Shown in pieces: positions 1 through 11,000 of a DNA stretch of 64,000 bases. The translations under genes were made by a program, and so were the position numbers. How positions within the stretch are numbered: position 1 is the stretch's first letter; each line of letters opens with the position of its first letter. Below the pieces are notes generated by a model that made no database searches, was not told the origin of the DNA, and was given only the letters and a program-made list of their open reading frames with translations. Source of the DNA: a bacterium (GTDB taxonomy: Bacteria; Bacteroidota; Ignavibacteria; Kapaibacteriales; Kapaibacteriaceae). The stretch is taken from NCBI GenBank assembly GCA_036834845.1, contig DAITNB010000007.1, positions 28,248 through 92,247 on the forward strand, read 5' to 3'.

Positions 1-36
1 GAAACACCCTATCCCTATCTCAATTGGGGCTCCGTT

Positions 37-1602
37 ATGGCCAGTAGAGAAACGGAGTTTCTCGAAAAGCCATGGCTGATCTACATCGACGAACGAGGCG
101 ACAAATCCACATGGTCCTACGCCGTGTTTATCGATACCGCGCGCCGGCTAGCGTCCCTTCTCAATCGCCACGGTGTGGAAAGGGGCGGCAGGGTTGCCAT
201 TGCATCACACAACCACCCGGATACCATTCTCGCGTATTTCGCCTGCTGGCTTTTAGGTGCTTGTGCCGTACCCTTAAACATGACCGAAGATGATGGACGT
301 TTGGCGTACATCCTATCCGTGTGTACTGCCGATGCCGTGTTATGTCGATCGGACTACATGTCTCGGGTAAGCCAGTTATACAGCGGTAGCGCGCAAATCG
401 TGGAGATGGATTCCGACGTAGCCGATCCCGAATTTTATCGCGCGCTACGGCGGGAAGAACCCCACCCCTATCCATCCGATTCAGAAGACATGCGGTGGGA
501 CAACTGCCTGTTGGTGTACACCAGCGGCACAACGGGCAACCCCAAAGGCGTAATGCTTGTTCAGCAGAATCTTTTTGCAGACGGCTTGGCTATTACCGAT
601 TGGCACGGGATAGACCAGAACACACGCATGATGTGTGTGTTGCCTGTGCATCATGTAAATGGCACCATAGTAACACATGTAACCCCCTTCCTTGCCGGCG
701 CATCGGTGGTTTTAAACCGCAAGTTTTCTCCACACCGCTTCTTTGGAACGATACAAGCCGAACAGGTAAACGTTGTAAGTGTTGTTCCCACACTCTTAGC
801 TCTGCTCTTAGAAGCACGTGCCGACGCACTCGACTGCAAGGAGCTGGGCTTTCGTCATGTGATTTGTGGGGCCGGACCGCTTACTTGTGAACTGGCACAA
901 AGGTTTGAGACCGAATATGGCATCCCAATTATCCACGGTTACGGCTTGTCGGAAACAACATGTTATTCGTGTTTTGTGCCGAGAAATCTGCAGTCGGAAG
1001 AACACCAGCGTTGGATGTACAGCTATGGTTTTCCAAGCATTGGGCAGGCATTGCCGTGCAACGAAATGAGCATCCATACCGCCGATGGCGAAACCGTTGC
1101 AGATGGCGAACGAGGCGAAATTGTTGTTCGCGGCACATCGGTAATGCGCGGCTACGATAATAACGAGAAGGCAAACAACGATGCCTTTACCTACGGGTGG
1201 TTTCGTTCTGGAGACGAGGGATTTCGCGTTGCCGATTCTACAGGCACCTACTACTACTTCATTACCGGAAGACTAAAGGAACTCATCATTCGCGGCGGAA
1301 TTAACCTTGCCCCACTCGAGATAGACGAAGTTTTGAACAGAGCACCCGGCGTACGGGCGGGAATATGCGTTGGCTTCGAGAATACGATGTACGGCGAGGA
1401 AGTAGGTGCACTGGTTATTGCCAACGAGGGGGCGAGTGCCGACGAGATTCTGGTGCATTGCAGGGCGAACCTGCCCTTTCACAAATGTCCGAAGGTGGTG
1501 CTGTTTGCAACCGAGCTGCCCGTTACGTCTACCGGTAAGTACCAACGCAACAAGGTAAAACACCTGTTTGCCGAATGGAAAAACTCGCAGTTCCGAAAGT
1601 AA
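37..1602 (+). CDS. AMP-dependent acyl-CoA synthetase/ligase (ANL superfamily)
   Basis: 521-aa ORF with the AMP-binding signature LVYTSGTTGNPKGV, plus GYGLSETT, WFRSGDEG and GRLKELIIRGGINL motifs. Confidence 0.9.
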   Translation: MASRETEFLEKPWLIYIDERGDKSTWSYAVFIDTARRLASLLNRHGVERGGRVAIASHNHPDTILAYFACWLLGACAVPLNMTEDDGRLAYILSVCTADAVLCRSDYMSRVSQLYSGSAQIVEMDSDVADPEFYRALRREEPHPYPSDSEDMRWDNCLLVYTSGTTGNPKGVMLVQQNLFADGLAITDWHGIDQNTRMMCVLPVHHVNGTIVTHVTPFLAGASVVLNRKFSPHRFFGTIQAEQVNVVSVVPTLLALLLEARADALDCKELGFRHVICGAGPLTCELAQRFETEYGIPIIHGYGLSETTCYSCFVPRNLQSEEHQRWMYSYGFPSIGQALPCNEMSIHTADGETVADGERGEIVVRGTSVMRGYDNNEKANNDAFTYGWFRSGDEGFRVADSTGTYYYFITGRLKELIIRGGINLAPLEIDEVLNRAPGVRAGICVGFENTMYGEEVGALVIANEGASADEILVHCRANLPFHKCPKVVLFATELPVTSTGKYQRNKVKHLFAEWKNSQFRK

Positions 1603-1603
1603 T

Positions 1604-2116
1604 CTACTTTATGTCCTTTGCGCGAACACCGGCACGAGGCATGTAAAACTGCGTCCTTTGAACCTTGGTAGCATTGGGTGCCGCTGCTCGCGGCGCAAAA
1701 TCGGCTTGGAGAACATAGCCGGAATCTACCACGCGTAACAAAGATCGTGGGTCTTCGATAGACGGGTTCGTATATGCCAGCTCGTCTATCATCTCTTGTG
1801 TTAGACGTCCGGTGTCCGAATCAACAAAGAAGTGCAGGAGAAACCGACGTTGTTTTTCGGGACGCAGCGTGTTTATCTCCATGGCCTGTTCAATAATCCT
1901 ATCTGCTACGCGGATAATCCTGATTGAATCGTATTCCTCTACACGCACAAATGCAACGAGCGCCGAACGTTCTCCCCTTTCATCTACAACACGGTCTACC
2001 TCTGTGTAAAAATCAGAGATGCTACCACGCAGAACAGACTGGTACACAAAGAACCCTGCCACGCCAAAGGCACAGCCAAGAAGAATAACAAGAAACAGCT
2101 TTGTTGAACGGTTCAT
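1604..2116 (-). CDS. hypothetical membrane-anchored protein
   Basis: 170-aa ORF that fills the gap between neighbours. It has one N-terminal TM/signal-anchor (KLFLVILLGCAFGVAGFFVY). No family recognised. Confidence 0.5.
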   Translation of the reverse strand: MNRSTKLFLVILLGCAFGVAGFFVYQSVLRGSISDFYTEVDRVVDERGERSALVAFVRVEEYDSIRIIRVADRIIEQAMEINTLRPEKQRRFLLHFFVDSDTGRLTQEMIDELAYTNPSIEDPRSLLRVVDSGYVLQADFAPRAAAPNATKVQRTQFYMPRAGVRAKDIK

Positions 2117-2133
2117 ACCAAACGTGTTAAGAA

Positions 2134-2805
2134 TTACGGAAGAGCGTGAACGAAAGACTCAAAGCCCATCGAAGTTGCGATAGTTCCCACAATCCACATC
2201 GTTAATGCGAAGCTAAAGGGAATGGAGATATTATCATCCAACCTCAAACGTGTAGATCCGGCCTCTGCAATGCCCCCTACCATTCCAGCAATGGCGCCAC
2301 ACACAATGTAGGGCATAGGTAACGAGTAGATTGCAGCAAACACCAGCACCACACCCCAAGACGTAACGATAAATGTTGCCGTACCAACAACGGATTTATC
2401 AAGAAACGGGGTAGAACCAAACCTTCTGCCTACCAAGGCCGCAAAGGTGTCGCTTACGATGAGCACAGTAAACGCCGTAACGCCAACAATGGTTGGAAAG
2501 AATAAGAACGAACTCACCGCGGCAATAAGTACCCACGACGCCCCCGTTAGGAGAAATTTATCTTCTCTCAGCTCGTGCGAACGCAGCAGAGGTCCAACCA
2601 ACTGCAGCATCATCCGCCTGGCCGACGCATTAAAATGCATCAGCGCATCGATGAGTACCGACACCGCAGTCATTACCAGAAGAATACCAATTCCCGTCCA
2701 ATGCTCTAATTGCAGGTAGATAATGGGTATGAGCAACGAGGCAATGTGAATGCCCTTTCGCAACAATTCGCTGCCATAGCTTATCTGCGCCTTCGTACCT
2801 GTCAT
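2134..2805 (-). CDS. CTP-dependent polyprenol/phytol/diacylglycerol kinase family protein (SEC59/DGK1/VTE5, CdsA-like)
   Basis: 223-aa polytopic membrane ORF with LLRKGIHI near the N-terminus and VSDTFAALVGRRFG, as in the phytol/dolichol kinase and CdsA superfamily. Confidence 0.7.
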   Translation of the reverse strand: MTGTKAQISYGSELLRKGIHIASLLIPIIYLQLEHWTGIGILLVMTAVSVLIDALMHFNASARRMMLQLVGPLLRSHELREDKFLLTGASWVLIAAVSSFLFFPTIVGVTAFTVLIVSDTFAALVGRRFGSTPFLDKSVVGTATFIVTSWGVVLVFAAIYSLPMPYIVCGAIAGMVGGIAEAGSTRLRLDDNISIPFSFALTMWIVGTIATSMGFESFVHALP

Positions 2806-2838
2806 AACTTTGCGTGAACCTCACAGTGAAAATTCTGC

Positions 2839-3714
2839 ATGGAAACCCTTTCTGTTAGCGCCGTAGCAAAGATTAATCTCGGACTCGAGGTTCTTGGCAA
2901 ACGTCCAGACGGCTACCACGAAATCCGCTCTCTTTTCGTAGGGATTACGCTGGCAGATCACCTGGAGGCGGAATCTTCCAACGTTCCTACGTGCATCTGC
3001 GAACCGGCGGTTACCGAATCACCGGAGGATAATCTTGTGTATAAGGCCATGATGGCCTACCACGCAGCGTTTCCTCTTGATAAGCGGACGGCAAAGATAA
3101 CCGTAAGGAAACGTATACCGTTTGGAGCGGGGTTAGGAGGGGGCTCGAGCAACGCAGCAGCAGCTCTGCAGATTCTCTGCTCGATGAACAACAGGAGCAC
3201 AACGGGCATCAACTCACAAGCGCTCCATACCATTGCAGCCACGTTGGGATCGGATGTTCCGTTCTTTCTCGATCCGTATTGTGCTCTCGTAGAAGGCAGA
3301 GGAGAACGCATATCGCCGGTCGAAATTCACCTTCCGTTTTTCGTGCTTTTGGTATGTCCGGGTATCCACGTTAACACTGCACATGCGTATTCCACATTGG
3401 GGATATCCGGTGCAAAAGCAGGAAGTGATCTTGTAGAAAACCTGCGTTTGTCGTTGACAAACAATGCACTTATGCAAGATCTCTTTACAAACGACTTCGA
3501 ACGCACGGTGTTTGCGCAACATCCAGAAATTGCAAGCATTAAACAAACACTGCTTGAAAATGGAGCCACATACGCCTCGATGTCTGGCAGTGGATCGAGT
3601 GTGTATGGGTTATTCACAACTGTGGAAAATGCAGAGAAGGCCAGATCTGCCTTCCCTTCCACCGCCACCTATATTTGCCGTCCACTTCAACGCACCACTG
3701 GTGCTTTACCATGA
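2839..3714 (+). CDS. ispE: 4-diphosphocytidyl-2-C-methyl-D-erythritol kinase
   Basis: AKINLGLEVLGKRPDGYHEI N-terminus and the GHMP-kinase loop IPFGAGLGGGSSNAAAAL. Confidence 0.9.
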   Translation: METLSVSAVAKINLGLEVLGKRPDGYHEIRSLFVGITLADHLEAESSNVPTCICEPAVTESPEDNLVYKAMMAYHAAFPLDKRTAKITVRKRIPFGAGLGGGSSNAAAALQILCSMNNRSTTGINSQALHTIAATLGSDVPFFLDPYCALVEGRGERISPVEIHLPFFVLLVCPGIHVNTAHAYSTLGISGAKAGSDLVENLRLSLTNNALMQDLFTNDFERTVFAQHPEIASIKQTLLENGATYASMSGSGSSVYGLFTTVENAEKARSAFPSTATYICRPLQRTTGALP

Positions 3715-5183
3715 ACATACTCGTAGCAGCAGCAGAACTTGCCCCCTTCGCCAAAGTTGGCGGACTAGCAGACATGGCGGGTGCTTTGCCAAAGGCCTGG
3801 AGTTCTGACGGACATAACGTTATTGTGGTTGTGCCTCTGTACGGAACGATAAACACAGAGGAGTATGGCATAGAGAAAACCGACCTCCTTGTGGAGGTAC
3901 CCTTTGGCTCGTGGACAGAGTTTGCCGAAGTATGGAAGGGGGCTCTCCCTGACAGCGAGGTGCCGGTGTACTTTCTGCGATCGAGCGACTACTACGATCG
4001 TCCGGGTATTTACGGGTACCACGAAGGATTCGAAGACAACGATCGGCGCTTTCTCTTCCTCTCGCGGGCTGTTTTCGAGGTAGCCAGAGCCCTTGACTTC
4101 CGTCCAGACGTTGTGCACGCCCACGACTATCACACGGCACCAACCATGCCGGTGCTAAAGATTCATTACCACGCCGACGAGTTTTTTGCGCGAACGGTGG
4201 GCGTGTTCACCATTCATAACATGGCATACCAGGGTATGTATGACCCACTGCGGGCGATGGAGTTCCTGGGCTTCCCACAGTCGGACTTTTATCAGGGCTG
4301 TTGGTTCGAGCACGATGGAGTTTTTAATGCCATGAAGGCGGGCATCATGTTCGCGAACAAGATTACCACCGTGTCTCCAACCTATGCTCAGGAAATACGC
4401 TGGACACCGGAAGGCATGGGCCTGCAGGGAGTGCTTCAATCGCGCGGCGCAGATCTCATTGGCGTGCTTAACGGTATAGACACCGACACCTGGAATGCAA
4501 CAACAGACACAAACATTGCCGTCCCCTACTCACAGGACTCACTACGGAAGAAGGCCGTAAACAAGCGTGCTCTTCTCGTAGAGGCCGAAATTCCCGACAA
4601 AGAAATCCGCAACGACCTGCCTGTTATTGGCATGGTTACCCGATTAACCGAGCAAAAAGGTATCTCTCTGCTTACGCAGTCCATCGAGCATTTTGTGGCG
4701 GGCAACCGCATTCGGCTGGTGGTACTTGGTAGCGGCGAAAAACGGTTTGAGGACTTCCTCAAGGACCTCGCCTATCGGTATCCATACAATGTGCGAGTTC
4801 GCATTGGATACGACGAAGCACTCTCTCATCGCATTCAAGCAGGAAGCGATTTCTACCTCATGCCCTCGCGCTTCGAGCCGTGCGGCTTAACGCAAATGTT
4901 CGCCCTTGCCTATGGCACTGTTCCTATCGTTCGAAGTGTAGGGGGCTTGGCAGATACCGTAGAGGACTACGATCCTGTTCTCTTTACTGGCACCGGAATA
5001 CGTTTCCACAGATACACTGCAGACGCAATGAGCGCTGCCATCGAAACTGCTCTTCGTTACTATGGACGCGAGCCGCACTGGACACATATTCGGAAGAACG
5101 CCATGGTCAAGGACAATTCTATCGCCGCGGCCGCCCGGAGGTACGTTGAGGTGTTCGGGTGGGCTCGGGAGCATCGTCGGTAG
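3711..5183 (+). CDS. glgA: glycogen synthase (ADP-glucose type)
   Basis: MNILVAAAELAPFAKVGGLADMAGALPKA (K-x-GGL motif) and a GT5 C-terminal half (MPSRFEPCGLTQM). Start chosen at the ATG that overlaps the ispE stop (ATGA). Confidence 0.9.
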   Translation: MNILVAAAELAPFAKVGGLADMAGALPKAWSSDGHNVIVVVPLYGTINTEEYGIEKTDLLVEVPFGSWTEFAEVWKGALPDSEVPVYFLRSSDYYDRPGIYGYHEGFEDNDRRFLFLSRAVFEVARALDFRPDVVHAHDYHTAPTMPVLKIHYHADEFFARTVGVFTIHNMAYQGMYDPLRAMEFLGFPQSDFYQGCWFEHDGVFNAMKAGIMFANKITTVSPTYAQEIRWTPEGMGLQGVLQSRGADLIGVLNGIDTDTWNATTDTNIAVPYSQDSLRKKAVNKRALLVEAEIPDKEIRNDLPVIGMVTRLTEQKGISLLTQSIEHFVAGNRIRLVVLGSGEKRFEDFLKDLAYRYPYNVRVRIGYDEALSHRIQAGSDFYLMPSRFEPCGLTQMFALAYGTVPIVRSVGGLADTVEDYDPVLFTGTGIRFHRYTADAMSAAIETALRYYGREPHWTHIRKNAMVKDNSIAAAARRYVEVFGWAREHRR

Positions 5184-6384
5184 TAAACTCACACACCAGC
5201 TCCATACCGGCGGTGCCCGCAAACATGTCTACTGGAATCATTCTCTGAAGTTGATACCCTGCCTTGCGCCACTCACGCACACTACGGAGAACTTCGTCCG
5301 GACCACAAAACACCTCCACGGCGCATCGCGGCTGAAGAACTTCTGCCAGCGCTTGTACAATTCCCTCGCCGGTTCCGGCCCGAGGCGGATCGAGGAGTAG
5401 TACGGTAGATTCCGGCTCCGGAATATGTCGCGAAATCTTTGCGCCCAATCGCAGCGCCGTTTCTACATCCTCTGCCTTCCGCAGTAATCCACGCACGGCT
5501 GCTACCTTGGCGGTTCCAGCTCTTTGGATATTGTACCGAGCATTTGCCACGGTGTTTTCGTCTGCATCAATTGCCACAATCACATTCGCGGTTTGTGCAA
5601 CTGGCGCACTAAACAATCCATAACCACAATACACATCGAATACCGTGTCTGCCGCCTTCACTCCGCCACACTCCAACACGGTGTTTACCAAGAGTTCTGT
5701 TGAAGCAAGATTTACCTGAGAAAAAGAAAACACGCCTACCTGATACTGAACGTTGCCAACCTTCTGCATCCAAGCCGCCGCGCCGAAGAGTTTTTTTGCA
5801 CCAACACCGGAAGCCGGACGCTCCAGCTCCAGATAGTACTTGCTTGCCTTGGGGTCGAAGTACATCCATGCATGCTGAACCAATGGATGGAGAGTGCGGA
5901 CCTTGGTACAGAGAGACCGCACCGCACGAACACAATCTGCGCTCATCTCCGATACATTAACGATAAGAGCATACTCGGTATAGGTTCCTCGAATGATAAC
6001 GTGATTAATGATTTGCGTAATAAACGGCGACATCGATTGCATGAGTCGCGAGACTGTTTCGTAAATCTCGGCATGACCCTGTTGCTCTAACGGACTGGGT
6101 GCACTAGTGCTACCGCCGTCGCCGTGGGTAAGTTCAATCTTTCCCCTACGGTGCACCACACGCCGGCGTGATGTGGTTCGGTAGCCACGAGGCATTGTGG
6201 ATGGGCGCAAATCCTTCAACACCGAATCGGGCACATTAATGTCGTAGGCAAACTGCCGCAGCGCCTCTCTTTTCACTGCACACTCCACCTCGTAGTCGAG
6301 CGCCGCCAGTGGCTCTATGCCATAACCGGGTCCAACTCCACATGTGTGCATAGCTGCCGTTACATGTGCCGAAAACTGATTCAT
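5119..6384 (-). CDS. class I SAM-dependent RNA (uracil-5)-methyltransferase, TrmA/RlmD family
   Basis: DVYCGYGLFS SAM motif, LLLDPPRAGTG, and the C-terminal VDMFAGTAGMELVCEF motif typical of the family. The ATG at 6384 overlaps the upstream stop (ATGA). Confidence 0.8.
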   Translation of the reverse strand: MNQFSAHVTAAMHTCGVGPGYGIEPLAALDYEVECAVKREALRQFAYDINVPDSVLKDLRPSTMPRGYRTTSRRRVVHRRGKIELTHGDGGSTSAPSPLEQQGHAEIYETVSRLMQSMSPFITQIINHVIIRGTYTEYALIVNVSEMSADCVRAVRSLCTKVRTLHPLVQHAWMYFDPKASKYYLELERPASGVGAKKLFGAAAWMQKVGNVQYQVGVFSFSQVNLASTELLVNTVLECGGVKAADTVFDVYCGYGLFSAPVAQTANVIVAIDADENTVANARYNIQRAGTAKVAAVRGLLRKAEDVETALRLGAKISRHIPEPESTVLLLDPPRAGTGEGIVQALAEVLQPRCAVEVFCGPDEVLRSVREWRKAGYQLQRMIPVDMFAGTAGMELVCEFTTDDAPEPTRTPQRTSGRPRR

Positions 6385-8042
6385 AGTACCCTTACACAAA
6401 CAATTGAGGTGTCGTCGTCCGACGGACGCGAACCCCGAAATTCCCGTAATCTCTCGCAGATGGCGGTACGGATATCCGCTGCCGAATCGTTCCGACCACC
6501 GCGAACAATGTCCACAAGCGCCGTAATGCCAAACTCGGTGTGCTCTTCATTGAATGTTTCGGTTACACCATCAGTGTACAACACAAGAACATCGCCCGCA
6601 GCAACTCCACCCACGCCCATCATGTAGGGCGGTGGATCGGGGATTACTCCGGTAAGAACTCCACCTACATTAAGCAGGGTTACTTCATCGCCGTGCAAAA
6701 GTATGGGAGGATTGTGACCTGCATTCACATATTCTATCGTTCCTGTACTGGTGTTGATAACTGCCAAGAACAGCGTGATGAACACTTCCGGATCGGTATT
6801 CTCAACCACAAGTCTGTTAATCTCAGACACAATCTTTGTAGGGGGCAGCTCCAAACGCGCCAAGATGTTCAGCGCCGCCTGCACGTTTGCCATGAGTAAG
6901 GCCGCTGGCACACCCTTACCGGATACGTCGGCAATTGCTAACAGCGTGCGACATTCGTCTAACTGAATTACGTCGTAATAATCGCCCCCTACATCCCGGC
7001 TAGAGCGGGAATATGCAGCAACATCCAAGCCCGGTGTTGACGGCAGGACGAGGGGCAGAAGATCGTTCTGGATTTTCGAGGCAATTTCGAGCTCATTCTT
7101 TAGACGTTCCATCTCGGCACGTTGCTTTTGCATGCGCACGTTTTCCACGGCGCTTGCTACTATGCCAGTGGCCGCCTCCAAAAACTGCAGTTCCTCCTCC
7201 GCATATGGGCGCACGTTAAGTTTGGGTCCAACGGCAATAGCCCCCACAACGTGATTGCCCAGAACCATGGGAGAAACCATTGCCACACCAGCGCGATCGA
7301 GGACGTCTCTTGTAGGGTGGTTTAGCGGCAGGGCGGAGATTATGGCGGGTGCGGGAAGCGATAGAATTGCCTGTGCCACCTCCTTCCATCGTTGGTCGAT
7401 ACCAAGCGAACCAACCATTGTTATGGACTGATCATCCAGCGGCAACACAATGACGTAGGCCGACGTCATAAGCTGCCCCATTAATCGGAGTCCGAGCAAC
7501 CTGTTTATGCGCTCCATATCCAGCGCACCAGAAAAATCTCTGGCAAACTCAAGCAGCGATTTCAACAATAACGTGCCCCTCTGCAGGTCCACGGTGGTTT
7601 TCCGCAGGGAGGCCATGGTTTCTACATTGTGTACGGCAATCGCCAAGATGGTCCGCACCAATTCTAGGTAGGTTCGAACCTCCGGGTCTTCTTCCGCGTT
7701 CGTTAGTGATGGCCCAAGGCACATCACCGCGGTTAGTTCTCCTCGGTGTTTAAGAGGTATTAGCCACGGAACACCCAAAGACTCCAGTTGGCTAGCTCCC
7801 GGAACGTTGGCAGCAAATGATGGTTCGGCAATTTCGAATGCCGGGAGGGTAAGGGGCGGCACTGCCTTGGAGATTACGGATGTAAACGTGCGTCCATCGC
7901 GGCGCAGAACACAGGCGCGACGGATCTTGAGTCTGCCCATTACGCTAAGAATAGCGGCATTGAGAATCGGTTCCGGAGAGTCGAGCTCGGCAGCCCGGGA
8001 AGACATCTCGAGGAGTGAGGATAAATTTCGAGCCGATGTCAT
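6381..8042 (-). CDS. GAF-domain sensor PP2C/SpoIIE-family serine phosphatase
   Basis: C-terminal SpoIIE/PP2C motifs (GGDYYD, IADVSGKGVPAALLMANVQAAL, LYTDGVTE) after about 330 aa of GAF-like sensor region. ATG at 8042 preferred over the TTG at 8075. Confidence 0.85.
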   Translation of the reverse strand: MTSARNLSSLLEMSSRAAELDSPEPILNAAILSVMGRLKIRRACVLRRDGRTFTSVISKAVPPLTLPAFEIAEPSFAANVPGASQLESLGVPWLIPLKHRGELTAVMCLGPSLTNAEEDPEVRTYLELVRTILAIAVHNVETMASLRKTTVDLQRGTLLLKSLLEFARDFSGALDMERINRLLGLRLMGQLMTSAYVIVLPLDDQSITMVGSLGIDQRWKEVAQAILSLPAPAIISALPLNHPTRDVLDRAGVAMVSPMVLGNHVVGAIAVGPKLNVRPYAEEELQFLEAATGIVASAVENVRMQKQRAEMERLKNELEIASKIQNDLLPLVLPSTPGLDVAAYSRSSRDVGGDYYDVIQLDECRTLLAIADVSGKGVPAALLMANVQAALNILARLELPPTKIVSEINRLVVENTDPEVFITLFLAVINTSTGTIEYVNAGHNPPILLHGDEVTLLNVGGVLTGVIPDPPPYMMGVGGVAAGDVLVLYTDGVTETFNEEHTEFGITALVDIVRGGRNDSAADIRTAICERLREFRGSRPSDDDTSIVCVRVL

Positions 8043-8099
8043 GAAACGAATATACGCGGTGCCCCCTGCCAGCAATCGGAAAACCGTAACTTCGCGCCC

Positions 8100-11000
8100 A
8101 TGCGGACTCAGCTTGCCCTCCTCTGCGTGTTACTTTGGTGCATTTCTGCCGGACACCTGCGCTCGCAGGGTGTTACCACAGGTTCTGTTACCGGCGAAGT
8201 GCGGGGCGTAGATGCGCCCACGGGCGTTACCGGCTCTTCGGCCAAAACGGTGCCCTTGGTAGGAAGCACCGTAAAGATTGTCTCCACTGAAACGGGCTCT
8301 GTTTACGGCGCAATAGTGAAAAGTGGTGGCAAGTATCTTATCAAGGGCGTTCGCCCCGGCAGTTACACCATGATTGTAACGTTTGTTGGTTACGTTCCCG
8401 ATACAATTCGTGGCGTGCTTATAGACGTTGGTGAGTCTACCACACGGAACGTAACCCTTCGCAGCACCTCTTCTACCGGAGCCGAGGTTGTGGTTGTTGC
8501 ATCGAGAGATAACATCTTTGATGCCGGCAAAACGGGGTCGGGTTCGGTGATAACAGAGCAAGCCATTAGCGCGGCCCCAACGATTAATCGTAGCATTAGC
8601 GATATCGCTAGGATAAACCCGTATACAAATCAAACGCAGACTGCTGGAAGTGATGGACTTCAGGGGTTGTCTATCATGGGCGTAAACTCGCGCTTCAACA
8701 ACTTTCAGATAGACGGTGCAGTAGCCAACGACGTTTTTGCGTTGGGTGCTGCAGGCACGGCTGGCTCTCAGGCGAATGCCAATTTTCTCTCGCTCGACGC
8801 CATCGAACGGCTGCGTGTGAATGTGTCGCCGTACGATGTGCGCCAGAGCGGATTTACGGGTGGTTTGGTAAATGCTATCACTCGCGGCGGTACCAACGAG
8901 TTTCACGGGTCGTTGTTCTTCTTTGGCCGAAACCAAGAACTTGTTGGTCTTAGCCCCGACGCTGCGCGACGTCCGTTTGAGTCGTTCCACGACTATCAAT
9001 TTGGAGGCAGAATTGGTGGACCAATCGTTAAGAACAAACTGCTCTTTCACGTAACTGGAGAAGCCCGGCTTCGTTCTACACCCCTCGAGGTTGCGCTGAA
9101 CGATCCAACAGCGCTGAACAACTTTCCGGTGGATGCAGCTACACTCAATCGAATTATCAACATCACAAATAGCCGATACGGATATGATGCCGGTACGTAT
9201 GGCGTAACAAACCTCACAAACAATTCACTCAACCTTATTGCGCGTCTTGATTACAACGCAGACGAATCAAACAAACTGCAGTTGCGACACAACTTTACGT
9301 ACGGATTGCAAGACCGAAACCTGCTGCGAAACAACCTCAACTACAGCCTAACAAGCCGCATGAACACGTTTGAGAGCATCAGCAATCAAACGGTGTTTCA
9401 GTGGAACGGCATCCTTGCCAAGGACCTAAGTAACGAACTCCGGGTGTCGTTTACCCAAACAAACGACCAGCGCATTCTTCCCTCCGATGGTACTGGCAAC
9501 ACCATACCATTTCCGGAGGTGCGTGTGCAAGTTGGCAGCGGTCTCAACGTGATTCTTGGTCCGGAGCGCAGCTCGCAGGCCAATGCGTTAGATCAAACGC
9601 TTATTGCTCTTACAGATGACCTAACGTGGTTCCTTGGCGATCACACGCTTACCGTAGGAACACACAACGAGTTTGCGCGATTCAATAACCTGTTCATTCA
9701 AGACTATTACGGCAGCTATCAGTTTCCGAACGTAGACGCCTACGAGAGTGGCTGGTCCAACTTCTACCGCGTGAGTTACGCAAACACCACCGAAACCGGT
9801 GGCAATCCGCAGCCACGCGCCGCATGGAACATGATGCAACTTGGACTGTACGTTCAAGACGAGTGGACTGTGTCCGACGAATTCCGGGTAACTGCCGGCG
9901 TGCGAGCAGATGTACCGGTATTTCTCACAACGCCCTACGAGAACCCTGCGTTTGCCGCGTCGTTTCCCGGACGTTCTACGAGCACGGTACCAAGCGGTTC
10001 GGTGCTTCTGTCTCCTCGGGTTGGGTTTAACTACGACATTTCGGGCGATCGTACCTGGCAGATACGTGGCGGCACAGGCGTGTTTACTGGGCGCGTGGCT
10101 GCCGTGTGGCTTTCGAACCAATATTCGAACACAGGTATGGATTTGCTTCGCGCCGAATTGGGCTCGAATAACTCGCCAAATCCAATCTCGTCCGGCGGAC
10201 AACCCATCGAGTGGGATCTTCGCATTCCCCCACCACGTCCGGGCGATCCAGGATATCCGGGTGCCCCTATAAACACGGCTGCGATTAACATCACAGACAA
10301 CGGCTTTCGAATGCCACAAGTATGGCGGTCTACACTCGGAACAGACGTGCAACTGATGAAGGGCGTAGTGCTTACGGTTGAAGGTATGTATGGAATGTTT
10401 ATTAATCAGGTAGACTACGCCAACCTGAATCTTCGCAGAAGCGGCATGCGATACATTGTTGGAACGGATACACTTGTGGGCGTTTCCCCAGTTGACGGAA
10501 GACCACTATATGCCTCATCCTTGCAGGATTCGCTGGTAGATAGGTCGTTTACACAAGTAATTCTTCTTCGAAATCGCACCGCCGGTTTTCAGTATAGCGG
10601 CTCGGCACAACTCAAGATAGACGAGACGAATACCATTGTGCCAAACATATCCATGTTGTTGAGCTATACGTTTGGCCGCACACAGGATTTAAACTCCTCC
10701 ACATCGGCTACCGCGTTGTCTCAATGGACGAACACAGACGTTATAGACCCAAACAACGCCACTGTGGGCAATTCGAACTTCGACATGTTGCATCGTATCT
10801 CTGCAAGTGGTTCGTATCGCGTGCACTGGACTAAGGATGTGTGGACATCATTCGGATTGTTCTATTCTGGTAACTCCGGCAGACCGTACTCCATATCGTA
10901 CGCACAAGACTACAACGGTGATGGGGCGGCGGGTGGCAATGACTTGGTGTATATCCCTCGACAGGAAGATTACAACACCAAGGTTGTTATCCCTAAACCA

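Noticed and set aside
8043-8099. Possible riboswitch or leader (for example cobalamin or other) upstream of the TonB-dependent receptor
   Set aside because: Only 57 nt (24 nt if the TTG start is used) separate the divergent genes. That is far too short for any known riboswitch aptamer.
8130-9050. 306-aa minus-strand ORF overlapping the start of the TonB-dependent receptor gene
   Set aside because: It is antisense to the well-supported receptor (CarboxypepD_reg, plug and barrel motifs). It has an Arg/Cys-rich composition, no recognisable domain and no room for its own promoter.
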